Below are positions 49,994 through 62,156 of a stretch of 64,000 nucleotides of DNA, piece after piece (positions within the stretch are counted from its first letter, which is position 1; the number at the start of each line of letters is the position of its first letter). The stretch is from NCBI RefSeq assembly GCF_021028975.2, contig NC_059426.1:51646001-51710000 (forward strand). Reading direction: 5' to 3'. This DNA comes from Sphaerodactylus townsendi (Eukaryota). The notes under the pieces were generated by a model. The model was not told where the DNA came from and made no database searches. It saw only the letters and a list, made by a program, of their open reading frames with translations. The translations under genes were made by a program, and so were the position numbers.

Positions 49994-50780
49994 CAGGGGC
50001 GTAACGAGGCAGCCCTGGGCAAATTGTAGCCCTGGGCAAAACCTGAGTTGGATGCCCCACCGCCCCATGGGCGGCCACTCCACCATGACCAATTTTTTTT
50101 GCACCAGGACATTGGTGCCTGCAGGAGGTGCCTTTTTAGACACATCAGCACCATAATTTCAGCATATCATCAGGAGACTGTCCTTATGCTACTCCCCAAG
50201 TTTGGTGAGGTTTGGTTCAAGGAGTCCAAAGTTATGGACTCCCAAAGGGGGTGCCCCATCCCCCATTGTTTCAAATGGGAGCTAATAGGAGATGGGGGCT
50301 ACAGTTTTGAGGGTCCATAACTTTGGCCCCCCTGAACCAAACTGCACCAAACCTGGGGGGTATCCTCAGGGCAGTCTCCTGATGAGACCCTGAAAGTTTT
50401 GAGACTGTGCCTTCAGAAATGTGCCCCCCCAGCCTGCAACACCCATGGACAGCAATACAGAAAACTCAATGCAGAACAAAGATTCTTGGGCAAATTTCTG
50501 GGATGTTCCTGCAGGGGGTGCATTTTTGGATGTATCGGCACCAAAATTTCAGGGTATCATCTGGAAACTGTCCTTATGGTACCCCCAAATTTTGGTGCAG
50601 TTTGGTTTAGGGGTCCAAAGTTATGGACCCTCAAAGGGGGTGCCCCATCCCCCATTCTTTGCTAAGGAGATGGGGGCTACCCTTTGAGGGTCCATAACTT
50701 TGGACCCCCTGAACCAAACTGCACAAAACTTGGGGGGTGCCATCATCTCCAGATGATACTCTGAAATTTTGGTGCCGATA
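49994..50780. mobile_element. Truncated hAT-like element built of two ~390-bp tandem units, each an imperfect palindrome
   Basis: caggggcgtaac terminus; cctgcagg at ~50118 and ~50507 mark the units; each has gtttggt..ggtccaaagttatggac...gtccataactttgg..accaaac inverted arms; ends at a (TA)n run. Confidence 0.65.
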
Positions 50781-51593
50781 TATATATATTAAAAGGGTAT
50801 GCACCTTAAGTGAGTTGAATCATCACAAAAAATTGCTGGCGTCTGACCTCATACTTGTCTGAAACAAGGTTCTACTTTAGGTTTTGCACCATATCTGCTT
50901 TGGATTCCTATCCTAATGGCCTCCCCAGACCACATTATAATACCAGAACATTTCATTTCAAGAATAATCTTAAGGACAGCATGTTAAGTAAAAGTCACTT
51001 CTAACTCTGATAGTGAACCTTGATCTGCAAAGATGTTCACAAGCTTCTTACAAGGTAAGGGACTACATTTACATATGTGCCTGCAATCTCTTACAATTCA
51101 CCCACAAGAGTAATCAAGCATCTATAGACAATGTGCTGTAAGTAGATCTGATGCTAGGAAGGTTGTTATGTCCACAGTGATTGAAACCCCACAGAGAAAT
51201 GATCAGTGGCACACATCTGAGTAAGCTGCCCTAGAGCGTCTCAGAGTGATAAGATGTTGCCTAATGCTACCAATGAGAGATCTCACGGAAAACTGGCATC
51301 TACTTAGAAGAAGAGTTTGGATTTATGTCTCATCTTCCTTTCTCCCTCTCCCCTTCTGTTAACATACTCATTCCCTTGCTTTTACCATTCCTTTTATCTG
51401 GCAACCTGCTCCCATCTCTCCCCGCTCCATTTTTCTCCATCAATGTATCCTATGCCCCTATCTCTCCCCACCTACCCCCCACCCTTGGCATTTTACCCAG
51501 CCTTCACCTTTGCTGCTCTCCTCACCTACCTTCCAGCAGATGATTGGGCACGCTTGCTGGCTTGGCAAGGGGGCAGCGAGGACTACCCCTCCC

Positions 51594-51712
51594 ATGGTGG
51601 GATTCAGCAGGTTCGCACCAGTTCGGCAGAACCGGTTGTTAAAATGGTACTTGTAAACAACCAGTTGTAATCCCACCACCAGAACTGGTTGTTAAATTAT
51701 TTGAATCCTACA
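51594..51712. mobile_element. hAT MITE (CAGTGGTGGGATTC family), degenerate
   Basis: ggtgggattcagcaggttcgcacc...gaatcc shared with the 34993 and 43463 copies. Confidence 0.75.
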
Positions 51713-51792
51713 GCTGCCCCCCTTCACATACACATCCCACCTGATGCCTCCCACAAACCCTTACAGATTTCCACTTGGGCCATTCCTGTTTA

Positions 51793-51985
51793 CAGCATGG
51801 TGTAGTGGTTGGATTAGGTTTGGATAAATCCAGGTTTGAATCTGTCCTCTGCCAGGGAAGCTTCGGTGTCCCTGGGTCAGTCATATGCTCTCAGCGTAAC
51901 TTATCTTACAAAGTTGTTAGGAGAGGAGAACAATGAAAACTGCTTTGGGTCTCCCACAGAGAGGAAGGTAGGGATATAAATGGAG
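51793..51985 (+). mobile_element. tRNA/CORE-type SINE
   Basis: cagcatggtgtagtggtt A-box-like head, ggtttgaatc B-box-like motif, CORE-like body and gatataaat end. Confidence 0.7.
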
Positions 51986-53575
51986 TGTTTTATGTTGAAG
52001 GACTTTTTATTGACTGAGATGTTGATTTTATTGCCATTTGTGTAGAACATGAATGTAAATATTGATGTTGGCTCTATGGCTTTATGTTTTTTGTTCTTGT
52101 TGTGTGTAAGTGTAGTTCTGTAAACCATCTCTATGATGGAAAAAGCATACTATAAATATGTTCTGGCTCTAGGTAATGAACTACATCTGCTATTACTATT
52201 ATTAGTAGAATCTTTCCAGAGTCTTATCGGCTAATAAAATTCAAGTGAGGAAGTGCTGGATCCATTGTTCATTATCATTAATAACTCCCTATGTGAAAGC
52301 ACCTTGCTATTTGGACTGTTCTGTGAAATATATTAGGACTAGGATTAATAAATTCTGCTTAAAATGGCACTTTTTTTAGCCCATGATCTCAAAGTGCTTT
52401 GCCAGTATTAAACTAGAACAGAAAAGCATTAAGTATGAAGTGAAAAATGAACCCTTCTCTTATTTTTGTTAAACAAAATGAATGAGGTAATTCACTGCCA
52501 ATTTACACTGGTGTAGTCCACATGAACTTTAATGGGGCTACTACATCTGTATCAATAAAGAACAAATGCTCCTTTTAAATTATTAAGGTTTTTTTCCTGC
52601 ATCAAGGGCAGGCATGAACAAGAAGGATTTCATTTCTCTCTGCCATTTGATCTGGAATCAACCTCAAGAGTAATCCGACCTATGGCATGCTAGTTGCCTT
52701 GAGAAATGTGCTAATGTATGCCATACAAAGCTATTTGAAATCAGGATCTTCACCCATGAGGATAATGACAGGGCTTGCTAGCAATATTTGGAAACTTGGT
52801 ATTTCCATAAAGGAGCATGGAAATTTGTATCCTTGATCCCATTGAAATAAACAAAATAACGAAGCTACTTCTCCAGATAATTATCACAAGGCTAGGCTCT
52901 GGTGAAACAGTCACCTGAACCAGCAGTAATTAATGAGATTGAAAGGAAAACACAGACTTTTACCCTGAGACTATTGAAATCTGTAAGCAGTATGAATTGT
53001 GTGTGCATGTATGTGTCTTTTTTTTAAAGTTACAGGCATTCCTTTTTAAAACTTTTTAAACTCCCTAATGTATTTTTTAAAATTTTAATAAATATTTTTA
53101 ATAAATGATTTCAGGTTTTTCTGCAGATAGGGGACATTTTTCATGTTTATAGAAACAGCTATCTTGTCCATGGCTCCACTCTCTGCATTTAAGTATCTTC
53201 AGATTTGGCCAAATTGAGAAATAGAAATGGGGACCCACAAGAAAATTGCTGGAATGGCCAACCTGTTCACTCCACCATTGCTTCCTCCCCTCTCTCACAC
53301 CTCTTCACTCACTCTGTCTCTCTTTCTACATCCCCATTTGTACTCTTACATTTTCTCTCTCTGTCTTTCTCTCTTCCCCCGCTCCTGCTGTCATCTTTTC
53401 TCTCTCACTCCCTTTCCCTGTAGATACTGTCATTCCTTTCCCCTCACCTCCATGCACACCATTACTCATTCTCTCTGTCACACTCTTCCCATGCATACTG
53501 CCACTCCTATCTATTGTTTTATTTTTCCATTCCCCAAATCCTACTGTAATTCCTGTCTTTCTCCCTCCCATATCC

Positions 53576-53781
53576 TATGGTGACCAGACGTCCCGCGGCT
53601 GCAGGAGCGCACTGCCTTCTGGGGCGCTCCCGTTTCCCGCCCTGTCACAGGGTGGGAAACGAGAGTCCCCCAAAAGATAGTGCGCTCCTGCGGCTGCGCG
53701 TGCATGTGCGCACGCGGCCGGCCGGCCAGTTGCCCGGCCGCCCAGGTCCCGGTTTACAACAGTGACAATCTGGTCACCTTA
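53576..53781. mobile_element. hAT (Blackjack-like) MITE
   Basis: TIRs tatggtgaccaga / tctggtcacctta; perfect 8-bp TSD ccatatcc; CpG-rich. Confidence 0.9.
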
Positions 53782-56340
53782 CCATATCCCATCACTTTCT
53801 CTCTCTCCCTTTCCTATCCCATCTGTCTCTTTTTCTTTTTCTCTCGCCCAACCTATCATTTCCCTGTGCTATGTTACACCAAACAGTTGCAGGAGAAAGG
53901 ATTTGGCAAAGGGGATATAATAGCAAAGATGGCAGGGCTTGTAGCAGCAATTCTTCCTCCCCCTCTTGCAGTAGCCCCCCACCAACCGCAATGCTACCTA
54001 ACTGCCTCAGAGGCTGAGAGGAAAGGCAGTGATGGTGGGGCTCACTCTCCCATCCACAGCACAACCATCTCAAAGGATGGGAAAGAGATTAGAGGTCAAT
54101 AGTGGTGCTTCTGTGCGGAGAGGTTTGTTCTGGGGATTAGTTCCCCTGTCCATTTTAGGTCAATTTTAATTTTTTCTGCAAACCTGGGGGCCCCAAGATT
54201 GCAAGAAATCTTCCTTATCTCCACCTGGTCTCAAGTATCTGGAGATGAGGCCTGGTTGAGGATTAGGCAAGTTAATAATGGAAGAACGAATCAAGTATTG
54301 AAAAGGGTCTCCCCATAGCCGAATATGTCAGTGTTTATTCTGGTATCACATATTGGCTCAAATGCTACTCCTAAGTAGGTCTACTTGGAAGTAAGTCCCT
54401 GTGACAGACATAAGAAAAGTAGTGTACAAAAGCTCCATTCCATAAAATGCTATTTCAAAACTAGGACCATGCAGAGGCAGGAAAAAAAATCTGACTATGA
54501 AGTGCTAATTCTTCACAGAAACTATGTGTATGAGCGACATGCTGGGAGTGGGTGGAGTTTAGAACTCAGTCAAAGCTGCTGATGCAATTATTGGGGAGAA
54601 TGGTTGGAATCAGAGGGTTCGGATGTTATGTAAAGACTTGTGGTGTTGGCAGGGAAAGAGTTTTTTGTGGAAAGGACCCTACTTTAGCCAAAGAGGGGAA
54701 TAAAAGAATTCCTACCCCATGTTCTAAAAGCAGAGCTAGTTTGTCTCCTGAACTGTGAGTGTAGAACAGAGGGCACTGGCTACATGAGAGAGATGGTGTC
54801 AGAGAGGGACCAATCTCTAGTCAGGAGGGGAATTTAAACTGTGTGTGGGAGACAAATTCCCATCCTTGGTTCTGAGGTGGATTTACTTCAAATGCTCTGA
54901 AGTGATCCTACAGTTCAGGGAAGTCTGAAGGGAAAAGGGAATTGGGTGAATACTCCATTCCTTCTAGATTTTGGGCATCAGAGTTTACACATGAACCTCA
55001 GGATGCAAGTCTGAGTCAAAGATGAATAACAACAAGAAAGTCGATCTTATTTCAAATAATTTAGGAATCTGTAACAAACTGAGTTCTGAACTATTAAGAA
55101 CATTGAATATCTGTATATAAGACTACCTCTTTCCTTCTCTCCAAATTTGTGCCCACTTTTATCCTGTTCCCCTGAGGAGTTTATTAAAATTCTAATGTTT
55201 TATGGTTGAACTTTGAACAGTATCTAGTGTAATAATCTCTGAGCTAAAACACAGAAGAGAGATAAAACACAGTTCCTTAAACTGGTTCAGTTATACATTT
55301 ACTTTAGTGAAATACAGGGTAAGGCACTTGAATTAAAAAAAAACCCAGAAGGTCATATATAATAAAGCTGATCAGAGACATGATCAGAAGAAGTGAATTA
55401 CAAAAGAATTAGGGAACATTCCTGCCTATAGATTATCTCCCCGATAACGTGGGAGATGCCCCAGTTGTGACACTCCCATTTTATTTAATGGCTAGTTATA
55501 AAAGACAGAAATCAGGTACCTTTGGGTCTGAATCTCACCTCTGGCATGATCTCACAAGGTGATTATAGGCAAATCATTTCTACCTCTCTGGATAACAATG
55601 GCCCTTTCTACACAAGTCACATTTCCAGGACATTTTCAATCCTGCCCCTTTTATCATGATATTTGTCTGCACTCACCCCCTCCAAACATTTCATGACTGC
55701 CATGAGGGGTTCAAAAAAAATATTTTTTTGCTTTTTTGTTGAAATGATGCTTTATTGATTCACTGCTTCACTGCTCTGTAGCTCTGTTTAATCAAGACTT
55801 TGTGGATTAACCCAAATCAAAACAAAACAAAAAAGGCACATGAAATGAGAGGGGAGGAGGAAAGGAATGAGATCAGGGATGTGGAAAAATGGCAGTGAGG
55901 GGAAAACTGGGCAATGGCACAGAGGTGTGAAAAACAGCAGTGGGAAAGATAAAACGTAAACATGACTGCACTGAGAGGAAAGCTGGCTTAGAAACATTTC
56001 AGACAAAAGAATTGTTTTAAAATGGAGAAAAAAGCTGCTTGGAAATATTTTCAGAACCAAAGAGGGAAAAATCAATGCAGAACTCCACAGAGGAACCATT
56101 TTATTTCCTGCCTGAAAATGCTCTAAATGGTGTATGAAAGCGTTTTAAAGGGTGTATGTAGAAAGAGCCTACACCAGTCTTCCTTGCATGGTAAGGATCA
56201 CAATATTATTGTGTGCAGAATTTTGCACAGTGAAAATCAATATATTATGTGATTATTGTGGCATGTGATCATTAAAAACTATACGAAATCCATGAATACT
56301 ATTGATATTGCTAAACCGTACACAGGTGAGTTACCCTGTG

Positions 56341-56688
56341 CAGTGGTGTAGCTACCATGGGGCGGGGTGGGGACACATTTCCCATTTGGGTCCCTGTTTG
56401 GTCATGTGGGGCGTGGAAAGTTGCCCCCTACACCTCTCCCCCATCCTTTCTTGGCCAGCCCTGGCCCCACCAGGCTGCTCCTTCAGCCAATGAAAACAAG
56501 GCATAAGTGCCCGGCAGAGGCCGCAGCTAGGCACCCCTTGGCCTCGTCCCACCAGCCCCACCAGGCTGCCTGGGACCGCCGTTGGCTCAGGTAAGTGAGA
56601 CGTGGGGGGTTGGGGTTGCGGAGGAGGGGTGCCATTTCCCCCTGGGCGCCATTTTCCCCAGGCACCATTTCCCCCCGCTACACCTCTG
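56341..56688. mobile_element. hAT (Tip100-like) MITE
   Basis: TIRs cagtggtgtagc / gctacacctctg; perfect 8-bp TSD accctgtg. Confidence 0.9.
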
Positions 56689-56789
56689 ACCCTGTGAATT
56701 GCCTTATCAGCATGCATTCCTCAATATTAACGTGGCGAGGCTTGGTTTTGGACTTTGGGTGTAGCATGTTACAATTTAACTTCCTGCAC

Positions 56790-57320
56790 CACCCTTCTTC
56801 TCAGGACAGAGTAGGGACCATATCACTCTAGTCATGTTCTACCTACAATGGCTTCCAATTTGCTTCTGGATTCAATTCAAGTAGCTACTATTGACCTTTA
56901 AAGCCCTGTACAGCCTGGGACCAACATACCTTAAGGACTTGAATTGTTCCATATCAACATGTTCATTTACTCCAGTCATCTTCAGTGGTCTTACTTCAGT
57001 TACCCCCGCCATCTGAGCCTTGACTTTCTTGGTTGTGGCACCAAACTTTGGCACTCCCTCCCCACAGAGATTCCTCTGTCTCCCTTTATCAGTGTAATCT
57101 GCCAGCAAGTGGAGACTATTTTGTTTCCTTTGGCATATCCCCAGGAACAGATATTGTCCCTCCTCCCTGGTGCTAGTGTTATTTGTTTATGTGCTTTTAT
57201 TGAATTATTTTATCATTTTAAATGTTGCTTTTAATTGCTCAAAATTATTCCATGCATTTATGTGTTCTGCCTCAGGGACCCTGATTGGGTGGGAAGGCAA
57301 CATAAAAATGTTCCAAATAG
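56790..57320 (+). mobile_element. Older L2 LINE 3' end
   Basis: LLLTFKALYSLGPTYLKD remnant, LWHSLPTEI motif and 3'UTR homologous in layout to 32748-33325. Confidence 0.75.
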
Positions 57321-57689
57321 ACTACTACTACTAATATCTATGTGGGAAGACCACAGATGAATAATAATATCTATATGGGAAGTTTACATTGCATGAAGCA
57401 GCATTTATGATAAAACATCAATTGCACCAAGTGCACTTCAGTGGATTTTTACTGAGCCTACAGCCACTAAACAAGAATTGAAAAGTCAGATTGGATTACC
57501 ATTCTTATACTCTTCTTTATTCTATTGTATAGGTATTCTGAGGTTATTTGCTTGGCTGTCCAAAGGTGTTAGCAACTTGTAGGAATGACCCTTCAGTGAA
57601 CTAGGTTCCTGTCTAAATGTAAACAGGAGCTCCTTTGAGCTATGTTATTTCAGTTTAATATTCAGATTTTCCAAAAGGCTGCTGAAAAG

Positions 57690-58030
57690 GCTGCATTTTC
57701 AGATGGTGCTGGACATTCCATGAATACATTTTGGGTGCCTTCTAAGAGATATATTAGAGCTTGTCGTCTGTGCTTAAATGTTGAATTAAAAGACTCTGGC
57801 CAGACGTCTGACAGGAAATGCTTTTAAAAATAACCTAATCTTTTACATGAGTGAAGGCTCTGAAAGCCTGTAGATATTGTTTATTACTGACACCTGCTAA
57901 ATGAACAGCTGGAGAAAGGGCTTTTTCAATCATAGTCAAGTTCCCGAGTGCTGACAGGTGCTGAGCAATAAGCTACCCAAACAATTTATTTTTCAAAGTA
58001 CCCTTCAACTGACAAAGCAGAAAGATGACC
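57690..58030. promoter_or_regulatory. Candidate enhancer (E-box/TALE cluster)
   Basis: CAGATG 57700, TGACAG 57809, TGACACCTG 57888, CAGCTG 57906, TGACAGGTG 57952 in unique DNA. Confidence 0.35.
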
Positions 58031-58259
58031 TACAAGATATTTCTCTAAAATGGCTTGGCTTCACATATTTGAAGTTTGGATCTCTAGCTTGGCAATCAAA
58101 TACCCAAGAAGGTATAACTGGACCTTAATCTTATGACAATGAGAATTATTATGGTCACCATCCTTCAGGTGATGCCTGGAGGTCTCCTGGAATTAGAAGT
58201 GTTGTGCAGACAGCAGATATCAGTTTCTCTGGATGAAACGGCAGATTCTGAGGGTAGAG

Positions 58260-58651
58260 CAGAGGTGGGATCCAGCAGGTTCTCACAGGTTCCCGAGAGT
58301 AGGTTATTAATTATTTGTGTGTGCCGAGAGGGGGTTACTAATTGGTGATTTTGCCACGTGATTTTTGCCTTAGTTACGCCCCTCCTCTCAGCAGTAGCAC
58401 GCAGAACTTGAAGCAGTCTAGCAGGAGGTGCACTGGCGTGCGTGGCAGCCTGCGCCTGCATGCATTTGTTTCCCGCCTAAGGACCGGCGCAGCGGCTGCG
58501 TCCTTGCCACAGCCCCGCCAAGGAATGCCCCACCCCCGGAATGCTCGGTCACGCCCCCATCATGCCCCGCCCAGCCCCATTGGCGCTACACCACAGTTTG
58601 AATCCCACCACCATGGGAACCTGTTACTAAAATTTTTGGATCCCACCACTG
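58260..58651. mobile_element. hAT MITE (CAGTGGTGGGATTC family), 392 bp
   Basis: TIRs cagaggtgggatcca / tggatcccaccactg; perfect 8-bp TSD gggtagag. Confidence 0.92.
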
Positions 58652-59369
58652 GGGTAGAGTCTATGGAATTTCATTCCCTCCCCAAACTCAAACTCTGTTC
58701 CCGAATTATCAGGAATTTCTTAGAAAGTAAGAGTTGGCACCCTAATGATCATTTTGATGCATTTCAAGATTCAGTTACTGAACCGAACCGAACCAAACTG
58801 TGGTTTTGCTCTTTGGTGACCAACTTTTGCTATGGGCTGTTGACATTTAGCCACTTATAGTATTTATCTCCATGCTGTCAAAAGCTTCATCTGCTTATGC
58901 TAGAAAATCAAGCTCCTACTGAGGACACCTGATCAAATCAGGTTGATTTTTCTTTTTCGAGGCCAGCTGGCAAATCTCTTTCTTTTAGATTCAAATTCAA
59001 AATGAGACTAATACAACAAACTAGAACAAGCCTTGTACTTGAAAGCAGATGAAAAATTACTGACTGAAGCCTCCACTCATAAAACACACCTGTTCCCCTT
59101 TGAAGGGGATAATTTATAGCTTTTGTCCTTCCAGCTTGAATCTAAATAAATTTAATTTAAAGCAGGCACCATTTTACTTCCATGGAACAAGTTTCCAAGT
59201 ATGTATGCTTGAAAACAAGGCATAAGTGCCAGATATTTTTGGGTTTTTGTTTGCTATACATTCCAAATGATATAAACAGCAGCTATCTTATATAATTACA
59301 CCATTATATTTGAATACCACAAACTTTCCTACGGCTCCCTGTGTTTTCTGTTGCTGCTGTTTTGTCTAG

Positions 59370-59590
59370 ACTAAAAAATGTGATGAGATTGCAATTATTT
59401 CATAATTAATTGCCATTTCAAAATGTATTGTTCATTCTTCTGCATTCTCAAAGCTGACAACCATTGATCCACAATGGGAAATTGGTCTGCACAAAGGCTT
59501 CACTGTTAGCTGCTGCCATTATTAATTAATTTGTGTAATGAATTTTCTCAAGGGGGCAATTTTTTAGTCATTTGTTGTTAAACTTTTATG
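59370..59590. promoter_or_regulatory. Candidate conserved non-coding enhancer (homeodomain/SOX-rich)
   Basis: TAATTAAT (59403), ATTAATTAAT (59521), ATTGTT, ACAATGG (59471) and ACAAAGG (59491) within ~200 bp. Confidence 0.4.
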
Positions 59591-60164
59591 TATCAAACAG
59601 ACTCTTTTTTCCTCAGAAGAAATTTTACCAAAGGTTATCAGGTCTACTCAAGAAGCTGTGAACTAGTGTAGGGTCACCTTCTTATTCTGTAGTCTGAATG
59701 TTCTCAAAGAATGTTCTCTAGATAATACAAGTTAAATTGCAGCTTTGGAGAGAGGGAACTTAAATCAGGAAAACTGTTCAGGGAGAGAGTTAAACTCCTT
59801 CCCCATCAAACAAGGCCCCTAATCCAATTTGTACTTCTGCCTTCGATTAGTGGGACAGCCTATTCACAGATTTCCTACATGTCATATTTAGGCATAGACC
59901 AACAGCGACATTTTTTACATTGGACCAATTGATAGATTATAATGAGGAGGTTTTTTCATTTTCTCAGCTGAGGTCTAGATATGATTTGTCATGTTCTGTA
60001 GAAGACAAATTATAATTGCAACATATGTTGATGTTGCCAACCCTTCACCCTTCTAACTATCTGTGGCAGGCTCAAGCAGTTTCCAACTATGTCTATGTCC
60101 GTTTCTGCGCGGCCAGCTGAGCGGGGGTGCATCGGCATTGTTCATGCCGTTGCACCCCCTGGGA

Positions 60165-60289
60165 CAGTGGTGGCGAACCTTTGGCACTCCAGATGTTATG
60201 GACTACAATTCCCATCACCCCTGCCAGCATTGACCATGCTGACAGGGGCTGATGGGAATTGTAGTCCATAACATCTGGAGTGCCAAAGG
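60165..60289. mobile_element. hAT palindromic MITE lacking its right TIR
   Basis: Body homologous to 1775-1907; TSD ccctggga on both sides. Confidence 0.85.
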
Positions 60290-60689
60290 CCCTGGGACCT
60301 TTCGAATAGATGGTCCTGCTGGGTGTGGCACCGACAGCGCAGCCTTCGCGCAGGCTGCGCCATCCCAAAACAGCTCCTTACCTTCTCCTGTCTTCTGGCG
60401 CTCTGTGTAGGCCAGGGGACACGCACCCATGGCCAGAGTGATGGCTGCAGCGACGGAGGCCAGGAGGCATGTCCCCTCGCCTCCACAGAGTGCCAGAAGA
60501 CAGGAGAAGGTAAGGAGCTGTTTGGGATAAATGGCGTCTTCCACCCGCTGCCATTTGCATGGCAGCGGGTGAAAGATGCCGCTTTCAAAAAACCTCGCTC
60601 AGGGAACGAGGTTCAAAAGTGGCGTCTTCGTGCCGCTTGGGGGTGGCGAGGCCAGCACTGCTGTGATGCAGCAGCGCCAGCTGTGCGAA

Positions 60690-61050
60690 CACCTCCCCAG
60701 AGATGGTGTTTTTATCGTCTTTGGGGCACTGTTATCGTCTTTGGGGCACTTTTTATCATCTTTGGGGCACTTTGGGGCACCTCCCCAGAGATGGTGTTTT
60801 TATCGTCTTTGGGGCACTGTTTATCATCTTTGGGGCACTGTTTATCGTCTTTGGGGCACTGTTTATCATCTTTGGGGCACTGTTATTGTCTTTGGGGCAC
60901 TGTTATCGTCTTTGGGGCACCTTCCCAGAGATGGTGTTTTTATCGTCTTTGGGGCACTGTTTATCGTCTTTGGGGCACTGTTTTATCGTCTGTGGGGCAC
61001 TGTCTTTGGGGCACTGTTTGGGGCACTGTTTTATTGTCTTTGGGGCACTG
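60690..61050. repeat. Minisatellite, ~20-21-bp unit TTTATCGTCTTTGGGGCACTG
   Basis: 16 GGGGCAC cores, punctuated by three ccagagatggtgttt headers (~60691, 60780, 60920). Confidence 0.95.
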
Positions 61051-62156
61051 TGCGGAAACAGTCTATGTCAACTTTCCCACTCTTTCTATGATTGATCTGT
61101 TTTGATGGAAGTGTAAGAGGTGTTTTATGCTGATCTGTTCAGCCTTAGAAACTCCTGAAAGGTGAAGGAAGCCTTTTTCCCTATGGCAGATCCACCCCTC
61201 CCCCCTTTCAAGGCACTAAAGAATTGAGGCAAGTTCAATAAACAAAAATAAAATTTATTGAACAAACTAAATGAGACCATGAGATATTTTAGTGGAGGGA
61301 AATCAGGTAAAGATTAACTATATACAAACATCAGTTTTGGCACGGGCACAGTTTTTAAATCAAGCGTTATAGATTTCACAGCTGCTTAGATGTTATAAGT
61401 GGTTCTTTACTTCAAAATGGTACAGCTAGATATTATTGGCTAATGGATTCACAATTACTTTGGATTCTAACATGTGGATACCTGGCCCAGCACTCCAAAG
61501 ACAGCCCTCATCCTTTGTGCTGCAGGGAACAGTGACAGCCATGAGAGGATGCCACAGAGGACCCACCAAAGATGGACGCAGAGGCCAGATGTGCCCATTC
61601 TGATTTTCTCTACCTGAATAAAGTTCAGTTTTATGTGACAACAATATGTCAGCATCTCAGTAAGGGTGGGTGGCTACCAGGAGGGTATCGGGGTTGCAAA
61701 CAGACCACTGGAAATCCAGCACCAAAGGCAGCAAAGGCAGCTGACCATTGGAGCTGGCACCCCTCTCCCCAGTGATGACCACTGCTTCACCAGGCTCCAC
61801 TTTGACAATGGGCTGAGAAAGAGGTTGGAATCTGAGTAGACAGGCACACCAGAGGCTGGGGAAGGGGGGAAGCCCAGAGGGAGGATGGTGATGCCCTGAT
61901 ACCAGAGCGTGATTACCAACAGGTGTAGCTACCTGCTTAGGAGGCACAGCTACCCTCCCCAACATGCAAATTACCATGATGGGTGCTGGGAGGGAACTGG
62001 CTGGCCCAGACAGTGTCTGGATTTTAAGTTTTTTCTCCCTTGTTATTTTTTGTTTTTTAAAAAAGTAAATAAAAGAAATCACATTGTTGGGTTCTCAGTG
62101 GATTTCCCACATGCTTTCTAGTTTGACCTTCAGAGATAAAATATTATGCATCTCTA

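Larger units (their letters stand above)
60097..61063. mobile_element. PIF/Harbinger-like MITE with nested hAT MITE and expanded subterminal array
   Basis: Termini gtccgtttctgc / gcggaaacagtc, tat/tat flanks; reverse-oriented homolog of 37609-38131. Confidence 0.75.

Noticed and set aside
54620-55230. Possible solo LTR (also 44780-45000 and 61110-61400)
   Set aside because: LTR-like composition, but paired TG...CA termini and TSDs could not be fixed with confidence.
60690-61050. CRISPR-like appearance of the repeat array and its 130-260-aa ORFs
   Set aside because: No unique spacers, no cas genes and a vertebrate context; the ORFs are translations of a tandem repeat inside a MITE.
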